From assembly GCA_964019335.1 (NCBI GenBank), contig OZ025746.1:297811-361810 (forward strand): DNA of 64,000 nt, given 5' to 3'. Below, one piece after another: positions 23,301 through 35,031 of the stretch (positions are counted from its first letter, which is position 1; each line of letters begins with the position of its first letter). This stretch comes from Diplonema japonicum. Lineage: Eukaryota; Protista; Euglenozoa: Diplonemea. A program made the translations under genes and the position numbers. A model generated the notes under the pieces. That model saw only the letters and a program-made list of their open reading frames with translations, was not told the DNA's origin and ran no database searches.

Positions 23301-26300
23301 TGTTGAATACTTCCGCTGCTTGTGCAGGGTTGCACGTGGCCCCGTCCCACTTACACCTAACCAATGAAACTACGGAAGTACCCTGGTTGGCTGGCAAGTT
23401 CCCCTCCGTCACGAACCACCGCACCCCACTGTCCAACACACTGTACCTCCCCCACTTAAACCACGACAACGTGTCCTCGCTGCTGGATTCTAATCTGATG
23501 CACAACCAGTACTTACCCTCCTTCTGCGGCACTGGCAAGTAAAACGATAGGTCGGTTCCTGTAACTGTGTATTTCGATGTCACAGACCCAAAAGACGTCC
23601 CCTCGCTGCCACCAGGGGGGTTCATGCACCCGTCGTTCTCTGTCCCGCTTGAGGGGACGAACTTGGCTTGGAACAAGGCGATGGAAAGAAAGTACACCTC
23701 AGGACCCTTTAAAGACAGCTTTTGAAGCTCGCCACCCAAGAGTTGCAAAGAGGTGTCAGGCAAAACCTGCAAGGACGGAGGCTCCTCGATCTCCCACGAG
23801 GTATTGAAAACGATCCAGTTGAGGGACCCAGCCTGTTTGTAGCACTGCTTGTACCGCACGGCGTCATTCTTGAAAGGAGGCAGCACAATGGAGGCAAACA
23901 CGTTTCCTGTATTCCAGTAAACACTGTCGTAGGGAACTACATCGTCGTACACACTAAGGACACCTGCAAACTGCGGCGAGGTCCTTGTGTTGTACAAGTA
24001 CTGCAGCTGCTGTGTGTCAGATGACACAGCACATGAAGACCCTGCGCAGAATAGATCCTGTGCTGTCCTGTCAGAAGTGCATGGTGAAACCACCAGCCCT
24101 GTGGTGGCCGTGCTGCCTGAGCCAGCATTGGGGCAGTACAGCGACAGGTGCAAGTCTGCGTACTTTGACTCGCCCAACCCCCACTTCGTTGGTGTGATAT
24201 CGCAATTGCTACCGCTTTCCACCAGCCTGAACACGTCGCCTGACCTTTCGCAGTACATCCCCATGGGCTCCTTCAAATTGCACGTGCCTCGGTGGGCGAC
24301 AGACAGCTCGCTGTTGCTGTCCGAGATGAGGAACCCTGCCTCCATCCCGCCCCGTGTCTCGAGGTAAAACAGGGACAAGGAAGGGTATGAGCTTACCTTC
24401 AGAAGCATCGATGCAGTGTTGTACTGGTAGTACTTCGAGAGGTACCCAGGTGCGCTGGCGTCAAGCGTCCACGTTTTCGTAACACTGTCGGTGCCGATGA
24501 TGTTGTGTCTCACAGTAATTGACCCCCACGTGCCATCCGACCTGTCCAGGACAAGGTTCTGCGGCTCTAAAACTTTCCAGTTGTACCCACCATGCCGCCA
24601 GCAAACTCGCCACAAGCACATGCATTGCGAGCTGTCACCGTTGCATAAATTGCACAGATTCGGTGCTACACATGCTCCGCTGCTGGAGCCTGACGGCTCT
24701 GACGGGTTAGTGCAGGAAGGGACTGTCAGGTAGTAGACAACGCTGCTGCGTGAGTTTGAGTCAAGTGTGCTCCCTAAACACTCAGCAGTAGAGTGCAGGT
24801 TGTTACATTCTTGAGCACCGCCATCTTTGTTTTCTGCACCTTCGTCTTCAGCAAAGAATGGGTAGTCGCATGACTTCGCAGGGTGCACGAGCCTCACTGT
24901 GGACCCTATAGTTTGGATGACGGAGTCTGTTGCGCTGTAGTTGCGTTGCAGGTTCCAAGGCATTGCAGAGAGCAGCCCAGCTGTTCCGGTCCCGTTGGTG
25001 ACGGTCAAGGGCCCCCATGTCCCTTGGCGCGTGTCGTTCATGTAGTACTGTACGTCAGGTGGGTATGCAGCCTGTTGTTCAGTAGAACCATAATACCCTG
25101 CCACAAGTGGTGTCCCCACCTGAACGGTCGCCGTTGCTGTGAGAAGGCTGTTCGGGCCCCAGTCAGTGGGTTGGCTCCACGTGAAGTACGGTGTATACTG
25201 CGACTCGATATGCCGCCACTTTAGTGGAACGCTGTGAAGTGAGTAATGCCACGGAAGTACCCGCCACCCTGATGCACCGCCCTTCCTATAGCACACCATC
25301 CAGTCTCCCTGGCCTGGCATGTACAGGGTGCCGTACACCTCATGCACGTTCGTCGCGTCATCGTCAGTGCGTGTTGCATTCGTGGGATCTGCTTGGAAGT
25401 CACGAATTGCAGAAGGCATGTCGGACCCTTCATCCCAATACCTGTCGTTGTCACGGTACCAGCACCCCAAAGATGGGCTGCTTCCGAGCGGTCTGTGCAC
25501 GTTGGGGTTTCCTCTCTGCGTGAAGGTCTCACTGAAGTACGTAGTGGGCACGATCCTCAGCTGGTCCCCGCCATTCACCATGAAGTACTGCCGTTTGTCT
25601 ACCACCTCATTTTTCGTGAGAACAGGTGCACGATTCAACCCATTGTTCCCCGACCCGGAGTCGATCCGAACAGTGCCGTAGGTGCCCGGCGAAAGGTCAA
25701 GCATGGTCCAACCCAGCTGCTCTGCGACGAGGTTGAGGCTAGGTGAAGTGCTCGAAGTTGCAGAGATACAGTTCGGTGCACCGCAAGGATAGAGCTTGGT
25801 CCACATAGGGATGTTGGACACAGTGAGGTTGTGATCCCGCAGCTGCGCACGGACTTCCTTCGCCGAGAAGCACACATCGTACGATCCCATGTCCCGGGGG
25901 AGCCTTACATACACGTATGACCTCTTTCTCGACTGCACTGCGTCGAGATAAGATGGTTGGGGGATAGATTCGACAACAGCAGCAGACGCCAGTGCAGTAG
26001 CCTCGATTAAGGGGTGTTCGGTGTCTGTGCCGAAGAGGCCTATGCCTCCAGCAGTGGCCCCTAAGAGGAGGGAGGGGAGCCCACTTGGCTGCCAAGAGCC
26101 GTCAATGTCAGTGAACAAGCTGCCGTAGTACGGGTCGCCATCAAAGTGGTGGTTTTCAAAAGTGCACGGGACCCCTGCAGGGACTAGCTTGAGGTTGTCG
26201 CCGTAGGCACAGGCGGCGGTGCTGGAAGACGAGCAGCTGCTGCTTGGTCTTGAGAAGTTCCAACTCATGTCGACAGAGTTGATTTGCATCACGACATACT

Positions 26301-27552
26301 GTCCCGGCGTTGCCTCCGGTGTGTAGTACCACGTTTTGCTTCCCTCCGACTGGAACATGTATTGGTGCTTCTCCATGACGGGTGCTGTGTCATAGATGAA
26401 ACCTTCTCGTGTGAAGAGGAGCCATTTGTCGGTGAAGTCAAACCGGATGCTTTCGGTCCAGCCGTCCACCTGTATGGGTGAATGCTTGAAACATATCACC
26501 CATTTGAAGCTGTTGTGCGGTGCCGTGAATGTGATGAAAGCACTGCTCACCCACCTGTTATAAATATCTTGATCAGCGAGAGACATCCCGAATTGTTTTG
26601 TCATGAAAAACGGCGTGGTGCCCGTCTGCGCCGTGTACTTTGTGCAATCGTAGTCGTAAGCGGACGAGTACTCCCAAATCTGCAACTGGAGGTGCCCGAA
26701 ACCTCCTGTTGTGTTGAAGTGTCGCAGCTCGGTTTCGCCCAGTGTTGCCAGCAAACTGATCCTCACGTCCTGTCCCTCCACAAATGAGACCGGTCCTATC
26801 CCGGTGCTGTAGTTGCTGTGCGAGGGTACGGTCATCGTTTCGGTCAACGTGAAGGTTTGTGTGAGCGAGTCCGACTGGGAGTGCGTATCGGTGAAGGTGA
26901 GCGACAGTGAGAAGGTGCTCGTGAGAGAGAAGGTTGCCGACAACGAGAAGGTCGCCGTCAAGGAGAGCGAGGCTGTTGGCAACGACAAAGAGATGGATGT
27001 GGTGTCGGTCCCTGTTGGAAGCGAGAACGTAAAGGTCAGAGAGTGCGAGAAGGTAAGACTGGCTGTTGAAGTGGGAAGCGACAACGTCAGAGAGAGCGTC
27101 TCGGTGCCTGTCGGCAAAGAGACAGTAAAGGTCTGCGTCGTGGTAGCTGTTGGGAGGCTGAGGGAGACAGTATCCGTGAAGGTAGCTGACTTTGAATCGG
27201 TAGCTGTGGGCAACGATATCGATGCAGAATAGGTCTGGGTACCAGTAGGCATGGTCATAGTGGTCGAAACCGTGTCTGTGCTAGTGGGAAGCGACAGAGT
27301 AGTTGTGAAGGTTTCGCTCTGCGACACAGATTCTGAGAAGGTCAGCGAGAAACTTGAACTCAGCGACTCCGAAAAAGTGTCGGACAGTGACACTGAAAAC
27401 GTTTCCGTCAAGGAGATCGACTCGGAGAGCGAGACGGTACTGGAGGCCGTGGGTAGTGACACGGTGAAGGTCTCAGTCATCGTCGCTGTCTGCCCTGCAG
27501 CAGCGTGTAGCACACATGCCAAGCATAGCAACTTGTACAGCGAACGTATCAT
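13419..27552 (-). CDS. Giant (~4,613 aa) secreted, probably GPI-anchored surface protein; 6 exons, 27552-15802, 15754-15644, 15612-14560, 14507-14427, 14321-14175 and 14117-13419
   Basis: Signal peptide MIRSLYKLLCLACVLHAAAG; T/S-alternating mucin-like region with SLPT repeats; Cys/Trp-containing beta-rich repeats; Pro/Thr stalk; terminal hydrophobic tail. Five GT-AG introns (47, 31, 52, 105 and 57 nt), all phase 0, link track ORFs 15727-27669, 14455-15636 and 13419-14060 in frame. Confidence 0.85.
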
Positions 27553-27683
27553 ATCATGCTTGCCTTGCCGCCTCGCCCCCTGTGCTTCTGAGCAAAGCTG
27601 ATGAATGGTAAGAAGTATACAAAAAAAAAAAAAAAGAAAAAACAACAATGAACATAAGTTGGATAGCAACCACGTAAGCGGTG

Positions 27684-28313
27684 CTAAGGGGTTCGGGGTG
27701 AATCCAGCCTTGGTGCGCAGATCAACGGGCTGAGATTTCGCAGACTATGACCAGGAACATTGTTTGAATCTTGTGTTGGGGCTGACTGCGGCCTGCTAGG
27801 AGGCGCCTGCTTCCACAACCCGGGAAAGCCAAGGAAACGGCACCAGTTCTTGATGGTGGCGGACGCGGGGAGCGAGGCAACGTTCGCTGACCAGTTCATG
27901 TGCCGTGTCCTCGTGCAACGCTTAGCTCTCTTGCAAGGCACATAAGCTCGTTGCTGTGGCTCAGTTGAAGGTTGTGGATCGACGCATTGTTTCTTGTCGT
28001 CCTGCCGCCATACCACAGCCCTCACACGCGGTCGCACTAAGTCGTAGGACACAGAGAGGTCCACTTTATTCGATGGTGCATTCTTGTGTCTAATCTTCCA
28101 TTCACCAGTCATCTTGCCGGTGTCCTTGCCCTTGCACAGGAGCTTTTCTCGTTCGATTTCAAGCGTTTCTTTCATTTGTACGGGTCCGCACAGGTTTTGG
28201 TTTCTCTTTAGCTGTGCATCTGCAGCCTGCAGTGCTTGGTAGTGTTCGATTGTGGTGGCTTTTAGTTTTGCGTGGCGTAGCTTGATGTGGGACTGTACAA
28301 GCTTTGCAGCCAT
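27684..28313 (-). CDS. Hypothetical protein (209 aa)
   Basis: ATG-initiated ORF, co-directional with the cluster and filling the gap between its neighbours. No motif recognised. Confidence 0.55.
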   Translation of the reverse strand: MAAKLVQSHIKLRHAKLKATTIEHYQALQAADAQLKRNQNLCGPVQMKETLEIEREKLLCKGKDTGKMTGEWKIRHKNAPSNKVDLSVSYDLVRPRVRAVVWRQDDKKQCVDPQPSTEPQQRAYVPCKRAKRCTRTRHMNWSANVASLPASATIKNWCRFLGFPGLWKQAPPSRPQSAPTQDSNNVPGHSLRNLSPLICAPRLDSPRTP

Positions 28314-28333
28314 GTTTCCTGTGGTATCAATCT

Positions 28334-29473
28334 CTAACGGCGGGAGGCAAGGGCTTCTTGTGCTTCGACCCAGCCTGGAAAGGAGGAATCGGGCGTTTCT
28401 GAATTACCGCAAAGCTCAAGGTATCGTAGAATAGGGTTCTTGACAGCTGCGGTGCAGAGTGCTTGGATGCCTGCCTCGCCAACGAAGTTGAGATCCAAGT
28501 CGAGTGACGTGAGCGACGACACAGGAGGGTGCCCCGAGATGTTCCGTGTGGCTGACAGCACAGCAGCCAGCCCGATAGCACCTTCGTCTTGTATCTTGTT
28601 GTTTCGTAGATTCAAGCAAGTCATCGAAGGGTGTTCCTTAAGGGCCTTGCACAGCATCAAACAACTTTTGTTCCCCACATAGTTCATGGACAAGTTCAGT
28701 GTTTGCAGCACCTTGTTCCCCTTCAACCCTATCGCCAGGGACTCGATGCCAGTGTCGCCTGCTGTGTTGCACCTGATTGACAGCTCTTTCAGCTTCTTGT
28801 GCTTCTCGAGTAGGATGGACAACGCTTTCGACCCTTCAGGGTTGAGTCCAATGGTCTCAAGCTTAATGGTTTCCAAAGAGTTATTCTCGCACAGGCCCAT
28901 GCACAGGATCTCGACACCTGTGCCAGAGATGTCATTGCGCGAGATCTCCAAGTGCTTGAGCACGTCAAGCTTGCAAATGTCGGAGAGGGGCATGCAGTGG
29001 TGGATCCCCATGTTGTTAGCACTGAGCTGCAGGGTCTCCAGCATTGTGTGTTGCGTGATGGCTGTGTGCAGCGCTCTGACACTGTCGAGGGCCAGGTCCA
29101 GAGAGGTGACACTGAAAGAGGTTATACTGGTATTCACTTCCAGCGCCTTGCACAAGGCAGCTACCCCACTGTGCGACACAGAACTAGGTGCCTGCACCTC
29201 ACCTTCCTGAATGGTGTTTCCGTGCAAGGACAGCTGCAGGAGATGGGGGGACATCGCCACGTGTTTGGCCACTGCAATAGCTCCTTCGGACCCCACGGGG
29301 TACTCATGCGCAGCTGCCTCCTTGTAGCAGCCCACAGCATCCTGCTCCACGGGCACATCGCCTTTCTTGTCAACGTGGTAACTGAAGAACTCCCCGTCGC
29401 TCCCACCCCTGTCAAACGCCACGAGATTCAAGTGCCTGCTTCCCTGCATGATCGCTGCCATGGCACGTTCCAT
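28334..29473 (-). CDS. Ribonuclease-inhibitor-type leucine-rich repeat protein (NLRC3/RanGAP-like LRRs)
   Basis: Repeated LxxLxLxxNxIGxxG units, e.g. LQTLNLSMNYVGNKS, MTCLNLRNNKIQDEG, LTSLDLDLNFVGEAG. Confidence 0.85.
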   Translation of the reverse strand: MERAMAAIMQGSRHLNLVAFDRGGSDGEFFSYHVDKKGDVPVEQDAVGCYKEAAAHEYPVGSEGAIAVAKHVAMSPHLLQLSLHGNTIQEGEVQAPSSVSHSGVAALCKALEVNTSITSFSVTSLDLALDSVRALHTAITQHTMLETLQLSANNMGIHHCMPLSDICKLDVLKHLEISRNDISGTGVEILCMGLCENNSLETIKLETIGLNPEGSKALSILLEKHKKLKELSIRCNTAGDTGIESLAIGLKGNKVLQTLNLSMNYVGNKSCLMLCKALKEHPSMTCLNLRNNKIQDEGAIGLAAVLSATRNISGHPPVSSLTSLDLDLNFVGEAGIQALCTAAVKNPILRYLELCGNSETPDSSFPGWVEAQEALASRR

Positions 29474-29630
29474 CCCCCACCGTGCCTGTATAAAGGGACA
29501 CCTTTCCCAACCACAATGGTGTCTGGGTTCTCAAAGAAAAACAAAAACAAAAAAAAGAAGAAACAAAAAGAGCACCCAACACGACACAAATGGAACTTCA
29601 CTCAGGTGGGCTATCTTCCCTATCAGCAGA

Positions 29631-30812
29631 TCATTTCCAACCAAGTTCCCTACCAATCAGTTTCTCAAGCGCCTTATTATGCGGTGCGTAGTAGGCACGC
29701 ATCTCATCGATCAGGTCAGTGTTCGAAGAGGAGGGCGCTTTTACAGGATTTGCATTTGCGTGGATAGCAGCGGCTGCCCATGTGGTGATGTTCTCGTCGG
29801 GCGCCCGGCAGGACGCAGGAAGGAGTTGGTTCATCCTGTGAAGCGATGCCTCGAGCCCTGCACTGGTCCGCAGGTCCGACAGGTTGAAGAACTCCAACTG
29901 CTCACGCGGGAAGTGTTCTAAGCACCTGTCCGCATTTTTGATATAAGTACCCATCTGAATGAAGCTGGCCGTCTGTCCCCTCGGCCATGTTGCATACTTC
30001 CCGGGGAGGAACCATTGCCCAGCGCACTTCTCGGACTCTCTGTACATGTCCTGTACCTCATCACTCTGCGAGGCCTTCCAACCCTCCTTCATGTCAGTGA
30101 AGGGCTCCCTGCCTGCAATATGTGGCGTGCTCAGTCCCAAAGTGCGGAAGTACTCCATGCACTGCATCTCAAAGTCGAACCAAGAAATGTTTTGCGAGAC
30201 AGGCTCCCTTATGCAGTAGGCAAGGCGCAGGTTGGGGTTGGTTGCTTTCAGCGTAGCGGGTACCCAGGGGGCAGCGGAGTACTGCGCGCAAGCGTCGAAA
30301 GTGAAGAAAGGCTTTCCCAACACCTTTTCGTACCAGAACTTGGTGAAGATGGTTGGGAAGACCATGCGGTAGAAAACAGGGTGGATAAGACCGAAGTAGT
30401 GGCCCACCAGATAGAAGGATTCCTTGTTGTCTGAGAAGCCTACTGTCCAAGGGCTGAAGGGCGTCTGGCAGCCGGGGAATTTGTTGAGGTACCCCGACAT
30501 GGTGGTCGTCCCACACCGCACTTCGCCAACAATGCAGAGGTCGGGCGTGACACGAAAGGGTGCTGTGGCCAAACGCCACAAGCTCTGCAAGGGACGTAAG
30601 AGCCACAGCATCTCGTATGTGTACATACTGAGCAAGGGTGCTCTCTGGTGTCTCACCACTGCAGTGGTCCAGTGGTACAATGCGTACCAGAAAGCCCCAC
30701 CTACAGTGCAAACCCATCCTAGTATGCTCTTCCCAGGCACTCTGTAGCCTAACTTTTGCAGTACGCTGAGCAAGGCATACCCCGCTACTGCATGCGGCAG
30801 GTCTACATCCAT
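29631..30812 (-). CDS. PAPS-dependent sulfotransferase (heparan-sulfate sulfotransferase-like family), membrane-anchored
   Basis: 5'-PSB loop PDLCIVGEVRCGTTTM, KES motif, 3'-PB-like REPVSQNISWF, C-terminal MRAYYAPHNKALEKLIG. ATG at 30812 (MDVDLPH) is followed by hydrophobic segments. Confidence 0.82.
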   Translation of the reverse strand: MDVDLPHAVAGYALLSVLQKLGYRVPGKSILGWVCTVGGAFWYALYHWTTAVVRHQRAPLLSMYTYEMLWLLRPLQSLWRLATAPFRVTPDLCIVGEVRCGTTTMSGYLNKFPGCQTPFSPWTVGFSDNKESFYLVGHYFGLIHPVFYRMVFPTIFTKFWYEKVLGKPFFTFDACAQYSAAPWVPATLKATNPNLRLAYCIREPVSQNISWFDFEMQCMEYFRTLGLSTPHIAGREPFTDMKEGWKASQSDEVQDMYRESEKCAGQWFLPGKYATWPRGQTASFIQMGTYIKNADRCLEHFPREQLEFFNLSDLRTSAGLEASLHRMNQLLPASCRAPDENITTWAAAAIHANANPVKAPSSSNTDLIDEMRAYYAPHNKALEKLIGRELGWK

Positions 30813-32420
30813 TGTCACCCTCAGGCCTGGGGGGGTTCGGTGTGTGTGTTCGGAAAAGGTTTGAAAAGAAAAAGAGAAAAACATGAAATGAAAAATTTTC
30901 AAAAATAATGGTTTTTTTTTTTTTTTTTTTTTTGTGACGTGCATTTTTTTTTTTTTTTTTTCCTTGTATCAAAACTGGTCCCCTCAGCGAGGGAAGGGGT
31001 TCCCAAAACAAAAAAACAAAAACAGTTTTCTCCTTTCTTCATTTTTTTTTTCGGAACAATTATTTTCTCGCATTCGATAGCACTCACGTAGGATAGTTTT
31101 TTTCCCCCATTTCTTTCTTCTCTTTTTGTCTTCTAACCTTCCCCCCAGCAACTTTAAAAAAGGGAGGAGAGGGGGGGGGGGGGGGGGGGGTCAACACACA
31201 ATATTTTTTCTTATAAAAAAGATTTCTTTTTTTTTCAACTTTCTAAACTCCTTTAATGATACTTCTCAAGCCGTTGTTTCTTACGCTTTCAACCTAAATA
31301 CCCCTTTTGCCCTCAGAGACCTTTTCTGTCGACAAAGACGAAGAGGTATATTCATTAAGGGGAGGAGGGGACAGGAAAGCGAGGGGGAGAAAATGCTAGA
31401 AATTAAACACATATGCGACCTGACTACTCCTAAGGAGCAAATCGATAAGGGCGACACACAGGGCAATCAAAAGCATTTGTAAGAGGGTGAGGGGAAACTG
31501 GGACTAACAGCGAGAAGTAGAAAGAAAAAAGAGCTCTAAAAAGGATACATAGATGTATACTTTAAAGTGCATTCTCCCTCCATTTTTATTATTTTTATAA
31601 TAAATTACTTATTTTAAATTTATTTTTCGTCCATTCTGCGCGTCACCCTTGCACGACGGTAAGGATGGATTAAGGTTTTTTTTTAAATTATTGGAGGGCG
31701 GAGGAAGAAGAAATGAAGAGAAGTGGTGGTGGTGTATCCAAAGAGGGGAGCAGTACCCTAACAAATAAGTGGAATGAAAAAAAAAAAAAAAAAGAACACG
31801 TGAAAGCCAGGTTAAAAAAAAAAGGAGAGAAAGAAACAAGACAGGGGGTACTGTGTCTAACGGGTGAGTCGGTACACAACCCCTTTACCTATCTTTCTCT
31901 TGCATTTTTTTTTTTTTTTTTTTTCGACAACGAGGGGTTACGCACGCTGGGCTTCCCCGACTCCTTTTTAACCAGACACCTGAAATACGAAACAGGGGGA
32001 GGAAGAGCAAGAATACTTCAATTTTTCTCCCCCCAAAAAAAAAAGAAAACTTTTTTTTAAAGGCAGTTTCAAAGGCAACTCTAGTTGGGAAAGGGTTCAG
32101 TGCATTGATATTTTGAGCACGCAAAAGAGGAAAGCGGAGCACAGGGGGTGGGGGAGACGAAGATTACCCCTCCCCCGACCCTGCTCCTTTTTTTTTCCAT
32201 TTAAACCCTTCATAGATTTTTTTTTTTTTCCTCACCAAAAACTTAAAGTGAAAGAAAATGAAGGGGGGAAATAGGGAGGAAGACGGGGAAATAAGAAATA
32301 AAAAAGTAAACTAAACTGACGAGAAAAAAAAACGGGGGGGGAAAGGAAAAAAATATGGGGTAGGGGGGGAAGATAATCAAGAGAGGAGGAAACCGAAAAA
32401 TATTTCATGGATTTTTTTTT

Positions 32421-32451
<31 letters not shown>

Positions 32452-32559
32452 TTCACGAGCGCTAATAACCGTGCTTTTAGCAACCTTCAGAGGGGGTTTT
32501 CTCTTTTCACACGATAAAAAGGGAAGGGGAAAAAAAACGGAAATTTTATGGCTGCTTAC

Positions 32560-34086
32560 TTACTCTGCATGGGCCTCTTCATCTTCGTCAATTTCCTCAA
32601 GGAGCCTGCTCTGGTCCGCCTTGTGCATCCTCATTGCGATGATGTAGCCGAAGATAGCTAGGGTCGAAGTGCTCACAACGATGAACTCCTTGGTGAGGGA
32701 GTTCAGGAACCTGAAGGAGATGAAGGCGATGGAGGAGGTCGTGCCAAGCTGGAGGATCAAGTTTGCAAAGGCGGCCTCAGAGTCGTTCTTGAACATGTCG
32801 GCAATGACCGCCTTGTTGGGCCCTTCCCACACAGCACGCGCACACCCGAAACAGATGAAGATCGGGATCAGCGTACCCCACTTCCCAAGAGTATCGGAAA
32901 CGGAAGAGGTGGTAAGATCGGTCATCAAAAACACCATTCCAAATGTCAGGAAGCAAGCCATACCAAACAACATCGCAGGGGTCTTGGACCCGGTCATCTC
33001 CGTCACCTTAGACAGTGGCATCGACATGACGGTTGCCACCAGCGGGATGATGGACACGAAGTACCCGATCTTGTCCTTCCCCAACCCGTCTTTAATGACC
33101 GTCCCTGTCACGTAGGAGTTCAGGTATGCTGACGCGAACCCAAAGGCCACGTTGATGATACCCACGAAGAAGATCTTCGGCTGTGACATTGCCAGCTCCG
33201 TGGCCACCAGTGCCTTTCTGTACCACGGTTTCTTCTCCACGACAACGGGCGCGCCTGTTGCCTCCTCAAAGGGCTTCACTGTGCGGATGAAGGCCATGCC
33301 CACAGCTGAGGCCACTGCGATGACAGAGAAGACGGCGTATGTCCACACGACACCCTCGAACTTCAGGTGGTCCGCGTCGAAGCTGTCTGACGACGAAGCG
33401 TTGTCGGAGGGCGTTAGACCGGCTGAGCCGGATGACGAGTCGTCGCTGCCGCAGGAGCCTGTGATGATGTCGCCTTCCCAGTGATCGCCGCACACCCACA
33501 CCAAGATCAGCGAGGACAGGAGCTTCATGACAAGCTCCAGTGCGAGGTACACAGTGGCAAAGATGCCGCCCAGGTAGGAGTTTGCTTGCTGCACCGCGAT
33601 GCCGTTGTACCTTGCGTGGATCTTGGCAGCGTTTGCGAAGTACCCGCCTTGGGCGGTCCACAGGAAACCTGCAGCGATCCCACCGAATGCACTGCCGACA
33701 AGAACGACCACCCAGCGTGTTGCGTCGTGGGTAAGAACGCCCAAGAACATCCCCCCCACGTACAGGGAGTACACAGCACAGCCCATCACGAGGGCCCACT
33801 TGTGCTTAAGACGCTCGACAATGACGGTGGACCCCAGTAATGCGGTTAATGTGTAGAAAATGTACAGAGTTCCGAGACTGAAGTCTCCCAAGTGTTCCCC
33901 GAACTGCGCTGTAGCCAGAGGGATCACGGCTGTTACTGTTCCATGGTTCAGAGCGAAGCACAGTGTCATCGTCATGAACGACATCATCACGCTACCCTCA
34001 GAGCCCCCCTTGTTTTCCCAGCCGGTGCCCTCGTTCGTGGCGAGAGGCCTTCTGGCATCGCTGTTGTCATCAGATTCGTAACCCAT
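32560..34086 (-). CDS. UNC-93-like MFS membrane protein
   Basis: About 12 hydrophobic segments; LGTLYIFYTL and GIAAGFLWTAQGGY are typical of the UNC-93 family. Confidence 0.85.
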   Translation of the reverse strand: MGYESDDNSDARRPLATNEGTGWENKGGSEGSVMMSFMTMTLCFALNHGTVTAVIPLATAQFGEHLGDFSLGTLYIFYTLTALLGSTVIVERLKHKWALVMGCAVYSLYVGGMFLGVLTHDATRWVVVLVGSAFGGIAAGFLWTAQGGYFANAAKIHARYNGIAVQQANSYLGGIFATVYLALELVMKLLSSLILVWVCGDHWEGDIITGSCGSDDSSSGSAGLTPSDNASSSDSFDADHLKFEGVVWTYAVFSVIAVASAVGMAFIRTVKPFEEATGAPVVVEKKPWYRKALVATELAMSQPKIFFVGIINVAFGFASAYLNSYVTGTVIKDGLGKDKIGYFVSIIPLVATVMSMPLSKVTEMTGSKTPAMLFGMACFLTFGMVFLMTDLTTSSVSDTLGKWGTLIPIFICFGCARAVWEGPNKAVIADMFKNDSEAAFANLILQLGTTSSIAFISFRFLNSLTKEFIVVSTSTLAIFGYIIAMRMHKADQSRLLEEIDEDEEAHAE

Positions 34087-34665
34087 TTTTTCTTCTTTTA
34101 AGCGTGCTATCTGTGGTAGCAGGTGAAGGGTGCGGGAAGAAGAATAAATAATTCAGGATGATGGGGAGGCCTAACGACTTGCCCCAACAAAGAAAGAGAG
34201 AGAAGAGGTCGCACCTGAGAGAATGCGAAACAAGGAGGCAGTCGTAAGTATTCAAAAGGGTGAAGCAGATAAAAAAGAATAAAAAAGAACACATACACAT
34301 ATGAAGAGATGTTTCTCTTCATCAATCAACCACCTCACGACAGTGACACCTTCTTGGGGGAGAGAGAGCATTTGTGGAAGGAAAACGAGAAGGAAAAAAA
34401 AAAGGAAGAAAAAAAACAACAAAGAAAACTGGAGAAATGTATGTTCGATAAAAGGTTAAAAAGAAATTTCAATCTTTGTATTCTATCATTTCTTATTCTT
34501 GTTCTTTGATGTCTTGCTTGTCAGGTATGTATGACCAAAAGGGACCTGAGCACAAGGTACACATAAAATACACAAAAGTCTTGCTTGGATGCAACAATGG
34601 AGATAGTCATTGAGTGACGGGGTGAATATTACTTCTTTTTCTCCCCTTCTCTTTTCAGTGGAGTT

Positions 34666-35031
34666 CTAGACACGGTCCCACGAGCAGCCGTTGCTGAAGG
34701 TAATCCTCCTGTGTCCCGGTTGAAGGGTGCCCATAAGCCCTGGCATCCCTGTCCTGAATGTCAAGACGCTACCGCGTATCTCGCCAACAGCAGGGGACCA
34801 AGCCTGGCTTGCATTGGTGCAGGTGATAGTGTGCCCAACCTGATCAATCAGAGTCACGTCGGCACCAGCAGTATTCTTCCACGCACCCTTTAGAACATGC
34901 ACGGCATCGTGGCACACAGGACCAGTGTGGTGCACAACATGCACATGGTGCCCATGGTGGTGGTGGTGGTGGTGGTGGTGGTGACCGTGAGGATGGTGGT
35001 GGTGGTGGCCGTGTCCGTGCTTAGGAGGCAT
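34666..35031 (-). CDS. Small poly-His protein with a C-terminal beta domain (paralog of 38682-39167)
   Basis: His-run N-terminus. The C-terminal GAWKNTAGAD...WSPAVG...RRITFSNGCSWDRV aligns with 38682-39167. Confidence 0.75.
   Translation of the reverse strand: MPPKHGHGHHHHHPHGHHHHHHHHHHGHHVHVVHHTGPVCHDAVHVLKGAWKNTAGADVTLIDQVGHTITCTNASQAWSPAVGEIRGSVLTFRTGMPGLMGTLQPGHRRITFSNGCSWDRV

Noticed and set aside
6294-27552. Functional operon linking PIG-T with the GPI-anchored giant protein
   Set aside because: Neighbouring genes in directional clusters are generally functionally unrelated, and there is no evidence beyond proximity.
26813-27601. Val/Ser/Glu-rich + strand ORFs
   Set aside because: Antisense shadows of the T/S-rich repeat region of the giant gene.
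29169-29202. Possible intron in the LRR gene (GTGAGG...CACAG) where a repeat has an ~11-aa insertion
   Set aside because: The GT-AG candidate is 34 nt and would shift the frame, while the unspliced frame is open. It cannot be called without RNA data.
30950-32550. Short K/F-rich ORFs in intergenic DNA (also 500-900, 12000-12400, 13050-13400)
   Set aside because: They are translations of homopolymer A/T/G runs with no coding signal.
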